A stretch of 64,000 bases of DNA. It comes from Negaprion brevirostris. Taxonomy: Eukaryota. Under the pieces are notes generated by a model. It was given only the letters and a program-made list of their open reading frames with translations, was not told the origin of the DNA and ran no database searches. Position 1 is the stretch's first letter; every line of letters starts with the position of its first letter. The DNA lies in NCBI GenBank assembly GCA_030324005.1, contig JARDVH010000031.1:40349203-40413202 (forward strand). The letters run 5' to 3'. The position numbers and the translations under genes are program-made. This document shows positions 52,939-64,000 of this stretch, one piece after another.

Positions 52939-55588
52939 AACTGGCTCTGCGATCAGGGTAGTCCTTATTATTCATGATGCTAAATAAAGTCAAGGTCAAA
53001 GACCATAACGATAGTCAAGGTCAATGGTAAATAGAAATTTGACGTCAGATAGCTGAACATCCTTCAAAAAATGCATCTTGAAATCACGGAATTCCGCCAA
53101 ATTCAAGGAGAGAAAATCAGGCAATCTGCATGCACATGTTAAATATGAAAGAATACGAAGTTTTATTTAACTTAATAAACCACGAGGCGTTTCAATTTCC
53201 TTCTGAAGTTGACGCAGAGAACCTATCCCGATGCACAGGAATATGGTTAGAAAGTGTTAGCAGATGGTAAATATAGATGCTGGGGTCAGGAGAATTATCA
53301 CCTACTAAGGTCACGCTCATATAAATGCCGCCAATCGCACTTAGCTTAATTCTAAACTTCATCACTTAATATTTCTATTTTAAACAGGGAGGCTGATGGC
53401 TCTCCTCACTTGCTTATCCCGACATCAATTTTCCTTCAAAAGACTACATTCACTCTCTTACGAATATATTATTCACATCATCATGTTTTGCTTTAATTTA
53501 CACAGCGAGGCCGACAGGCGTGATATAACCGGTGTTAAAACATCTGCGCCGAGATTACAAGGCTGCTCACTAAATGATTCATTTTAAACTTAAGATTTAA
53601 AATAAGCATTAGTTCAATTAGTTACACGTTCAATTGCGTTTAAGAATCAAATAATATGTTTGAAATCACACATTTTGCCGTAAATCTCTTCAAAGTTGTT
53701 GGCTCGGATAACTAACTGCCACACGGTTTATTTACCTAATAATCCTTCATGGGAAACCTTACAAATTATTGGGACTGTTATGTGAAATGAGTACAACCCC
53801 CATCTTGAATTAACCGCTACATAGGCAATGAGCTAATGGCGTGCGATCCGGTATTTTCTTTAGCCACCAGATTCTAGTGGCTAAGACCATATTTAAAATG
53901 GAACTCGCCACACCACCCATTTTCTGCTTTCAATTTGGCCCTACTCGTAAGTAGTTTCAAAGCGCAACAAGCAGGAAACAGCACATGTTTCAAATATTTT
54001 AATTTTATATTTACAAGATGCGCAGCAAGTGAATACTGGGGAAAAAAGTCAACATAAGGTATTATTATTATAAAGTGGTGAATTTCAACACACTTATGTT
54101 CAGCTCTTATGTTTTGTTAATACAGTAATCCCTATTAATGCTTAAGTCGTTTAGAAGTTTGTGTCCCCCAATCCCCGCCAAAATGCCGCTGTACAATGTA
54201 ACTTGGTGACTTATGAAGATGTGTAAATGCGAGAATGCGAATATTGCTGAATTTAATATAAATATGGCGATGTGACAAAACCAAAAAAGTTGGATTCATT
54301 TACAGGAAAGATAAAACTTGAAGACAATCAAAGTGTGATTTGTTTTAATATTGTACACGGCATAATCAAAGAAAACCATGCGAGTTCATATTTAACTCAT
54401 CTTGGGTAAAGAAAATGATGGACAAAATGAACAAATACTTGCGTTAAAAATGTACATAAAACATAGAAATAACGCCGAACGTATCCGCTAATTTACTCGT
54501 ATAGTTATCATGATTACAATAATGAAGTAATTTAACTATAGAGCGCAACAAGTTACTAATTAGAAAACAGCTGTAAAAGGCACCGCATTCAAAACGACCA
54601 AGGGGCTTTCAAATATATTAGCGTTTCTTTTGAAAATAACAGAGTTAAAGGGGCAAAAGATTCAAAATTCAGAAACATAGATTTTCATACTTTAACGCAT
54701 AACTTTTAAGGACATTTTAGATTCGACGAGCATTTCACTTGAGACTGAATTTAAGTTTAATGTTTACATTTACTGAGGACAACATAGAACATTCTGCAGT
54801 GAATAAAAGGAAGGTCCTTTCAGTATCTAGGCTAAATAATTTACTATGAAAATGATTGTAAATTCGCTGCCGATTAATATGATAGAACATCTTATGAGAT
54901 TGTACCGCAGTTGATCCGTAACTATCCCACTTATATTTAATTTCTAACTGGCACTGATTTAAAATGGTATTTTTGCAATATATTTTCAATCATTTACAAG
55001 AGAATGGATTTTGTTGCTAGTATATATGACTAGCATTTGAACCCACTCGCAATGTAGCCATTGTACCTCTTGCAAAGTATGGCTGAAAACTTATATGTTA
55101 AATAAGGATGGCTTTGCATTAAGAAAATTATAAATACGTTCCATTTAATGTCAACGTTTGTGTTTAAACGTGTTATCAGTTGTAGTCGCCATTTTATCTG
55201 TATATTGCAAACCCTCCAGTAGCTCAACTGAACTCTCGAAACATTTACTTAAAACTGAACGAAGCATTACTCTGCAGCAGTATTTGTAATGTCACTCGTG
55301 AAAATAATCCAGCACGGTAACATAATACAAGGGTGTGAACGTGGAGCTGTTCACCCTTTTAAGATTGCCTTATTTCTTTGAGGTGGTAAATGAAGTCAGA
55401 TCAAGTATCTTTTTTTAAGCACAGATTCGCACAAAACATTTTGTGGAAATTGTCAGTTTAAGATTTTTTTTGTAAATCCGAAGATGTGTCTTCAACGCCT
55501 CCCACATTCATTTGGTTCCCTTTGCTAACAGGAAAACCATCACATGTAATTTACAATGGGCCAATACTGGCTACTGATCTCTGCCGTA

Positions 55589-55857
55589 TCAAGGTATATT
55601 TTCTTTGACTTTGGAAACCACTTTCTTCTCTTTGACTCTCCTGTTCTGAAACCAGATGGTAACTTGTCTCTCGGTCAGGTTGGTGGCTGTTGATATCCTG
55701 CGTCGTTTTTCCTTGGTTATGAATTTGTTTGTGGCGTACTCTCGCTCCAGTTCTTTGAGCTGGGTTTTCGTGTAAGGGACCCTTTTTTTCCTCCCTCGCC
55801 TGTAAATGTTTATATCAGTCTGATTGTGCANNNNNNNNNNATTGTGCATCATGTCTC
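55589..55857 (-). CDS. HOXD13: Hox-D13, coding exon 2 (homeodomain; contains an artefactual 10-N gap)
   Basis: Acceptor ctctcag|GA. Reads [65 protein letters not shown]. Confidence 0.94.
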
Positions 55858-56200
55858 CTGAGAGGGAAAATGCAAGTTAGAAAAACATTTAACTTCAAAG
55901 CAGTAGCACTTCAAAGAATGTTATATAAAAAAAGAATATTTCTATCCCAAATTTTTGGGTTTTGAAACGTACTTTAAGTAACTCAGAGATATTTAGTCAT
56001 ATGGCCAATCCCATATCCCAGCGCATTAATTCACACATATGGTTATTCTGTGTTCCAGGTGTTACTAGTCCAAAATACATTAATTGTTAAAAACTAGCGA
56101 ATTCCTGGCAATATTAAAAACCAAACCAATTGGAATTATGTTATTTCCTTTGAATTTAAAATAATTGTAATTTTTATCAGTGAAACTTATTTCATAATAC

Positions 56201-56888
56201 CTGAGAGAGGAGATTTCCAAAAATGTGGAGTCTGTGTCTGATCTTTAGGACAATACACTTGACCGTTCCAGCCATTAGCAAATGACCAGGGCTGATAGCC
56301 CTCCATGGAAATTAAGGCTTCATGCCTTGGCTCTCCGTGGCCGCTTATTGTGGGGACAACTGGAACGTCCAAATAACCAGAGACACGTTGGTATGGATTG
56401 GGGTAGCTCTGATAAAATGCAAATTCTTTTGCCCTGGATGACACCTCGTCAGTGGGGACAGGGGTATTAGTCAAACCCGAAACGTCCATGTATTTGTCCA
56501 CTGGATAACCGGCTAGAGATGCATGCGCACCAGATTTCAGCCCAGTTTGCTGAATGCCAACATTACGACAACTGTAATAGCTGCTTCCAAAATGATAGCC
56601 GTAACTGATCGCTGGGTTTGGAGGGCTTGTCGGAGCTGGGCATGGGCTGCATTGCTTAGCAGATTCAGAAATGACAGAATGCGTTCGATCTCCGACTGAG
56701 TAAGCGGGACCCGAAGATAACGAGTTGTGATGAGCTCCAAATGCAGAGGGAGACAAAAAATTCCTGCATTGATTTGAAGGGACGTTCCCTCCCAGTCCTT
56801 CCATGTCCGAGTTAGCTGTGTTGTTTCTGTTGTGTAGGTACCTGATTGTATCAGTCCTCCAAGGGGCTGAAAGAAAAGAAGCTGTCAT
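56201..56888 (-). CDS. HOXD13: Homeobox protein Hox-D13, coding exon 1 (start either ATG 56888 or ATG 56804)
   Basis: PG13 motifs [43 protein letters not shown] and [19 protein letters not shown]. Donor G|GTATTA at 56200. Confidence 0.92.
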
Positions 56889-56917
56889 ATCACGACCCAC
56901 TGCAAACTAAGTACTGC

Positions 56918-56923
56918 TTTATA
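56918..56923 (-). promoter_or_regulatory. HoxD13 TATA box candidate
   Basis: CTTCTATAAAGC on the minus strand, 30 nt upstream of ATG 56888, with an E-box CACGTG at 57012-57017. Confidence 0.5.
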
Positions 56924-59900
56924 GAAGCAGCCCCGGGAGTGAGAAGAGGTGCTTATTTTCACTGATTAGAGAGTGCACTGGCCGAGTGAAACCTGATAGG
57001 TCGATTCTGCCCACGTGACACACAGCAACTGGAGCTGGCTTCAGCAGTTATTGCAATCTCTTCCCGATGTTAAAACCATTTAATTTTTCCTGAATTAATT
57101 CACTGTAATTGACTACTTGATCTGTTGTGCATTGGAAAGAGAAAACGTGAAGGTGCTTTCTAAGGCTCCATTCTTACGGTGTCCGCTGAGATTTATTATT
57201 GATACCTTGCATGATGTACACTTTGCAGGATCTGCAAATTATGCGTACAGCATACATGAGATCTTCTTTGAGTCGATTTTCTATTCGGCATGCTTTCTAT
57301 TTCAAACAAAGTTTGGGATACCTTTTGCGAAATAACAATTTCAAACTGGCACTGAATCATATCTTTTTATAAATGCACAGTGGTGACAATTATTTNNNNN
57401 NNNNNNNNNNNNNNNNNNNNNNNNNNNNNNNNNNNNNNNNNNNNNNNNNNNNNNNNNNNNNNNNNNNNNNNNNNNNNNNNNNNNNNNNNNNNNNNTGAAT
57501 CATATCTTTTTATCAATGCACAGTGGTGACAATTATTTGCATTTTCGGATATGATAACGAAGACACTCGGCAATGACCTGCTTAGCATCAACATGTGTTG
57601 TTCAAGATAGTCTATAAATTTTCCAGATATAAATCCACGCTGCATGCATGATTCTGCATACAAATGTGAAATGGATTGCAAAAATCGTCCATTTTTTTCT
57701 CACCAACTCAAAGACGCTCCCATAGCATTCATTTCCGCTCAAATCCTACATATACTAAACCTTCAAAAACTCGAGGGGAAATTAATCGGGTCGATATTTA
57801 CTTTTCGCTCTGATATTCGATCTGTAAAAAAAAGGCGATTTTATCCATTACTTCCCTTAAATTCGGCTTCCTTAAGTCGGAGGTATGGAGATTGCGGATG
57901 TCTGATATTTAATTTTGATGTACATGCGATATCCTCTATTTTGCATTATCCCATCGCCCTTTTGCACCATGTCATTTTCACATTTTGGGATTAGTTTGTA
58001 TTTTACATCCAATTCGCCAAATGACTCCAAATGGTCAACTATCGAAACATATTTGTGGCAAAAAAATAAAGATATGATATCGGGGGAGGCCGCGGTCTCT
58101 CAACTAAGGAAGCGCCGCATTTTTTTTCTGCAGGCCTTGTTTTGGTTGTCTGAAATCTGTAAATGTGGACTTTGTGGGAAAGTTCCCGTGTATGATTGAA
58201 TTCTCCCCATTGATATCAAAAACTGTAGGAGATGAACATAAATATTCAGCAATATAACTGTGCTACTGGAACTAGGGCTTGTTTTGATTCCATTTTAACA
58301 ATAAGATGAGATGTAGAAAAATATTTACATTTTCCACCAAAACGCATTTCCAGTACATACATTCCCAAAGTTGCGAAATCACGTTTTTGACACAAATCAA
58401 ATGATACTTTTGCAGCCTACCTTAGGATAAACGGCTCATCATGTGCGGTATAAATATTGTCTTGTGTGTGTGATTAATTAAAAACGAAGAAATCCCATTC
58501 TCGGAAGATATTTGATGAAATTATGTATTGCAGATATTATGTATTAGATATTATAACAAAAGTCTCAGGGACATTATACAAATGTTGAACGGAAAATAGG
58601 AAGAATTTGGCTAACTGTGACTTGGCTTTCAATAGGTAATATTACGGAAAACTGAGCGTTCATCTTACTCGTCCACTGTACATAGTTCCACATTTTCCTC
58701 CAGCCTGCAGAGCGGGCCAATTCCAAAACGAAGCGAACATTTCAAATAAAAGATCAGAATGCTTCGACAAAGAGTAATTGAAAAACTCCAAACAATTAGT
58801 CAACGGGATTCTGGGCACCAGAAAAATAAGAATTACGGCATTTTCAAAGGAAGCTTTTTAAAATCTTGTCTTAATTCTTCCCCTCAGCCCCCTAATATCA
58901 TAGAGGGGACATGTGCCGTTATTTCACAGAGAAAGCAGATTCTATCTACAAGCGTCCGTGAGGTCGAGAAATTAATGAGCCCATTTCTTTGCACTTAATT
59001 ACATTCATCCATTCCTGCGAATCCATTGCTTTATTTTCTTTGAAAAGATATTCTGCACTGACTTGATGCGCTTCGTTTATATTTAGTGAAATCGTTCCCA
59101 CAGCCTTTAAAAAAAGACGAAGAAAAAGGATTTGCAATCAGCAAAGTCAATGCTGATCCTTCCTATTTGAGTATCTAATTTGAATAGGTGCAGCGTCTTT
59201 ATTTAAGAGCATGCGGGCCGTGTCTTTCGTCAGAAAACGAAAACAAGTAGCAAGTGAGCGGTCCCCATTTTCAGTGAGAGAAAGAAGAAACGTGCCAGCG
59301 ACTTATTTCGGATGGCTACTTTTATTTAGAATTCCGGCCAAAGCGCAGGATCGGATTTAAAAGTATGTCGCTGTCTCAAGTTGGTCGCATCAATGGCATT
59401 GTAGACAAAGGGGTTTTTGCCGGAAGTAGATGAAGTCCAAGGTCAAGGTGGAGAGAGAGGGAGGGGGCGAGGGAAAGGAGAAGAAGGATGGTAAACAGCG
59501 GTTTAAAGAACTCAACAGCTCCGTTGGACTTATGTGAACATTTCAAAAGATTGAAGTTAGCTGTGAATTATAACATAGCTTTGCAAAATTGTGTGCTCTT
59601 GCTAAACCATGTCAGGTTAGTAATACCTGTNNNNNNNNNNGTGGTGCCATATAAAGTTAAACACTAATTTACGTATAGGAATGTGTGTTAACTTTCTGAT
59701 TCAGAACCATTTGGTAAATAAGGCACGAGAAAATGGAACAAGATTCAACAGGAGGCTAATGGCGAAGGCCCGCTACCAATTTTCGACCCAAGCTAGGGAT
59801 GGGCAGTAGATGTGACCTTGCCGTCTTCGCTTGTATCCCAGAACAAAACAAAAGGAGGGAGCCAGTTGTTGTAAATATTAACAATCCCGCATGTTGTTGA

Positions 59901-62756
59901 CAAAGGGTGACAGTAAATGTTGCTATTTGAATGTTGCTTATTCTCAATGTTATTTACTATAATGTGCTGATTTCATTCATTTCATAGAATTGCAACTTCA
60001 AGACATTTCCATTTTTAAAGCATTTATTGGAACGTTATGTTGCTTCCGAGCGATCCTCTACCACCCCCATCCCGCCCCCCATTCCCGGCGAAGTTCAACA
60101 TCAACTTTCCACTGTCGCTTTGTGAATTCTGTGGACAGCCGTGACTGGGGAATCTTCCTCCGAAATATAAANNNNNNNNNNNNNNNNNNNNNNNNNNNNN
60201 NNNNNNNNNNNNNNNNNNNNNNNNNNNNNNNNNNNNNNNNNNNNNNNNNNNNNNNNNNNNNNNNNNNNNNNCTCCGAAATAGAAAACGTCCTTTATTCTT
60301 CTTTGATCATTAAAATTGATATTCTTTCCCTTGTTGCTATTTACTTGACATATTCAAAACGGTACTTGCGTTATTGAAAATAGCATTTATTGTTTAATAT
60401 ATTTGTAAGGTGTTATTTTGAATGATCTTTGGCTTATCAAGCCATTTGTTACCATAACAAAAAAATAAAATTTCTGGTTTAAACTCGAAACTGATTATAT
60501 GGATAATTCTTTTTTATACCTTGCCATTTTAAAAATAATTGTCAACAATCGCTATGAATTATTAGTGACTATTTTCTTTTACACAACCTGTTACATATTT
60601 TTCTAATTATAACTATTAGAAAACAAGCTTTTCTAAATCCTAACCACTGTTGGATTATTTGCACCCTGAATTCGTGGAGCAAGGGACCACACAATATAGT
60701 AGTGCAAACTTGAGCTGCAAGCATGTTAAATTTGGAATTCATAATGCGGAAGTATGTACTTAAAGGGATTTTCTTTAAAATTAGTTAACGATAATAGATA
60801 GTTTTAAAAAGTTGATAATTTATATATTCAGCAAGCAATATTTATTAACGTGAGACTGACTATGTTATAGGTCATATGAGTCCCGTTTGAAAGCACAATA
60901 TCGTAAACATGTCTTTTTAGTCAAACATAATGGTTGATATTAATACATGAATGAAACCAGATTACACGCCACAAAATGTTCACCATATTTTTTCTTCCCA
61001 ACTGGAAAATAAGTATGATATGTCCCTAGCTGTCACAATTCCATCCATATTACTTACCATACGTTTTTGAAATTAAATCGTAAACAGTTGCTAAAACTAG
61101 ATCCAAATTTGCTTGAGATGTTTCAGACATACAGAAAAATCATCCTTGCAGTTAAAATGCATCTATATAAAATGGGTTTAGTCTGTCACCAGTAATTAGG
61201 GTGACGAAATATATTTTTAATCTGACATTGCTCGCAACCAATTAATCATTTGATGTTGTGAAAGTCTCCTCCCTCGCCTTTTGCACGTATGTTTCAGTTG
61301 AACCTACAAAAATAATTTTTTGCATTATAAATACATTGCAGCAAACGGTCATCACACGGTCTAGGCATCTTAGAGTGAACTCATTATAAATATTTCAACA
61401 GTTTTGAAGTTCTGCGTACCTGAAGACAATATGATCATATTTAGAAATAAAGTATTTGCTTCATTCAAAAGCAGTTGTTATGTGTTATTGAAATAGTGTC
61501 ACGTTCCTTTGAGCGATAAATATAACTGAATGCGTCTTATTGTTTGCTGGGTTGACAGTACACGGAACAACAAGTTTGTGTAAAACTTTGTCAGATAAAA
61601 ACTATTGCATTTTGAAAGAAAATGGTAGTTTCTGAAGCTAGATCTTCTGTAAGTGTACCACAGAATCTATCTGGGGGCTGATAGACGTTCATTTTCCCTT
61701 GGACTATATATTCTATACGAAATGACTTTAACTGGCACCTAAAATGAATTTCACTGGCAAGGCACAGAATCTATCAATGAGCGGGAAAACAATATGCTGA
61801 TAGGGTGTCTGGAATTCAAATACAGTCCCAATGACACAATCTATGCCTCTGCCAGCGAATTAGAGTGGCATTGACGTAAACGTTCTTCCACAGTGCATTC
61901 AAAAGAATTTCAGAATTTTTTCAAGCAGAAATCCCAGTCTGGACAGTGATGTTAAAGGAAGTGTTGAAGATATACTCACCCCAGTGTCTTGTTTTACTCT
62001 AGATTGATACAGAAAATAAATCAATTCGACAGCTTGGTTTATAAAGTTTACCAGCGCCAATTTCAGTTGTTCGGACCGCATGCCATTCTCGTGCTCCTGA
62101 CTATTTATACATTTCTCTGATGCACAAAAAAAATGAACAATATGTTATAGACTCGTGTGTCTGTTAAATCTCTCACTGTTGAAATTGCTATTTCCCCACG
62201 ATTTGCAATGGTCTTGAATACAATTTGACGCAATTCACTTCTCAACAAGTCTATGACACAGCAAAAGTCGACAACAAGTGAAACGTTATTGAAGGGCAGT
62301 TGAAAAAAAAACGAACAGGGGGTGGAGACCTAACTAAACCCTGGTTTTAAAGTGACAAATTTTAAATTCCCTTTTCCTCATTTGGAAACAAAAGATGTAA
62401 ACCTGTCACGCTGCAGTTATCATTTCCCACCAATGATGGCGCTACCTGTCTACCCAGCGGGAGGCTCTGATTCCAAGTTGGTAAGTTTGCATTGGCAGTT
62501 TCTATTATAAAGGTAGACACAAGGGTTGCAATGGGAACGTTGAAAGGGAGCAAACATAGTCGTAAGATTTTGAATCTGCAGCCATTAATTGTTATTCCGC
62601 CAGTGTCTGTCTGTAAGGAGATTTAGACAGCAATTATTATGTATTTTCCCCATGGCAGAATTGTCTTAAGACCAAAGGGCAAAGGTTTAACCTGAGGAGT
62701 AGGTACTTCAAGGGGATCTGAAGGGGAAACAATCATCCAGAGGGCGATGGAAATAT

Positions 62757-62912
62757 GGGAGAGTGGTGGAGAAAGTGCTCTCGCAACATTTAAGTTGCAT
62801 CTGGAGGAGCACTTAAATTGCAAGTGCTGGTAAATGGGATCAGTATAGATTGGTATTTGATGGTATGTAAATGGTCGGCCGAAGAGTCTGTTTCTCTGCT
62901 GTAAGACTCTAT
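62757..62912 (+). mobile_element. CR1-type LINE 3' end fragment
   Basis: GCAACATTTAAG..GCATCTGGA..AGCACTT followed by GGCCGAAGAGTCTGTTTCTCTGCTGTAAGACTCTATG, a typical chondrichthyan CR1 3' terminus. Confidence 0.65.
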
Positions 62913-64000
62913 GGTTATTATACTGATTATATTCCATAGCTACTTGAAGAATGTAAGGCTTAAAGATTTCTGTTTCATTGCGGGTTCTACAAAGGATTAT
63001 AATGAGGTAGACATTAAACAAGAAAGCCATGGCCCTGTTTGAACAAAGCAAGTCATTCTCTTGCTGTTGTGGCATTGTTCTACCAATATCACCGAATGCA
63101 GATTAGCTAGTCATTCATTCGTCTGCCTCTTGTAGGACATTGCTTTTCCCAAATTAGCTGAAATCTCCCTAGATAAAAATAATTCTGTTTCAAACCATTT
63201 TTCATTTTCCGTAGAGAATAATTTTGAAAATGACAAAATTCAGGGTTTTCAGAAGAAATGTGACACTTAACAGCCTTTTAAAATATTCAGTCAGGAGCTT
63301 GAAAACTGAAATATCTGAGAAATAATTGATTCGACTGACTAATTGTAAATCACTAATTACAATAATTTTATTCCAATTATTATGAGTCTTGCTATACCTT
63401 TAAAACATTTCTTTAGACATGTACAATTGATATCAGACTGTGGCTTTTGAAATTCAAATCAGACTTTTGGTCAAATTACGAGTTAAGAAATTAAGACAGA
63501 GAATCGCTCAAAATATATTTCTTCCTTGCAACTTCTCTAATCATTGGGTAATCGCTATACAGGCACGTGACGGCAGCATAACTTTATTCCCTCTATTGGG
63601 AGAATGTAGTGGGCTGCTTCAGATTTTTTTTGTCACCTGTGACTTTTGCTTTCAGTTATTTATATTGAAGATGTACCAGAGACGGGTCTTGGGTTTATGT
63701 TTTCTGGTTTGAAAAACACACATCTGGTATACGCCCTTTGCAATTAAACAATATGGCCACCACAGCAGAAAATGGGCCGATGGGCTTAGAGTCAATACAA
63801 TCCCTCCAGTGCAGAAACAGGCCTTTTGGAAGTATTTTCCTTTCCTTCTGACGTTTTTATTCCAAGCCCAGCTCTGAAGCAACTATAAATATATTGTCAT
63901 TTACACAAGTAAATAAATGGGCGGATAAATATGCTGGGACGATTGGAAACAAATCAGAAATAAGCAGATATTACACTCAGAATATATCCTGAAATATCAG

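Noticed and set aside
13735-62470. Weaker CTCF-like strings (about 13738, 17800, 22443, 25370, 38591, 44526, 62455)
   Set aside because: Mismatches at core positions; they need a PWM scan or ChIP.
62623-63075. 150-aa minus-strand ORF
   Set aside because: No recognisable domain; overlaps a decayed CR1 fragment on the opposite strand.
57100-64000. HoxD14, expected between HoxD13 and Evx2 in cartilaginous fishes; WF-like strings near 59700 (TGGTTCTGAATCAG) and 63190 (TGGTTTGAAACAG)
   Set aside because: Neither has a suitable acceptor or an intact WFQNQR frame. The gene probably lies beyond the window, so absence here is not evidence of loss.

Overview
Vertebrate genomic DNA containing the posterior/central part of a HoxD cluster, all genes on the minus strand, in order HoxD5, HoxD8, HoxD9, HoxD10, HoxD11, HoxD12, HoxD13. 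Each gene has two coding exons joined by a phase-1 GT-AG intron, and I resolved the splice sites by hand. An intact HoxD5 plus HE1/V-SINE and CR1 fragments point to a cartilaginous fish, probably an elasmobranch. There is no intact paralogue-group 6 or 7 gene, and no HoxD14, mir-10 or mir-196 gene was seen. Main non-coding observations: (1) a possible decayed HoxD6 relic at about 12.4-12.9 kb; (2) further orphan Hox-type promoter modules; (3) a near-perfect miR-196 target site in the HoxD8 3'UTR; (4) CTCF motifs whose orientation flips across the cluster; (5) a cluster of TCAAGGTCA/DR0 nuclear-receptor sites between HoxD12 and HoxD13. The assembly is gappy, and some gaps have duplicated flanks, including one inside HoxD13 exon 2. 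All motif calls were made by eye and are unvalidated.
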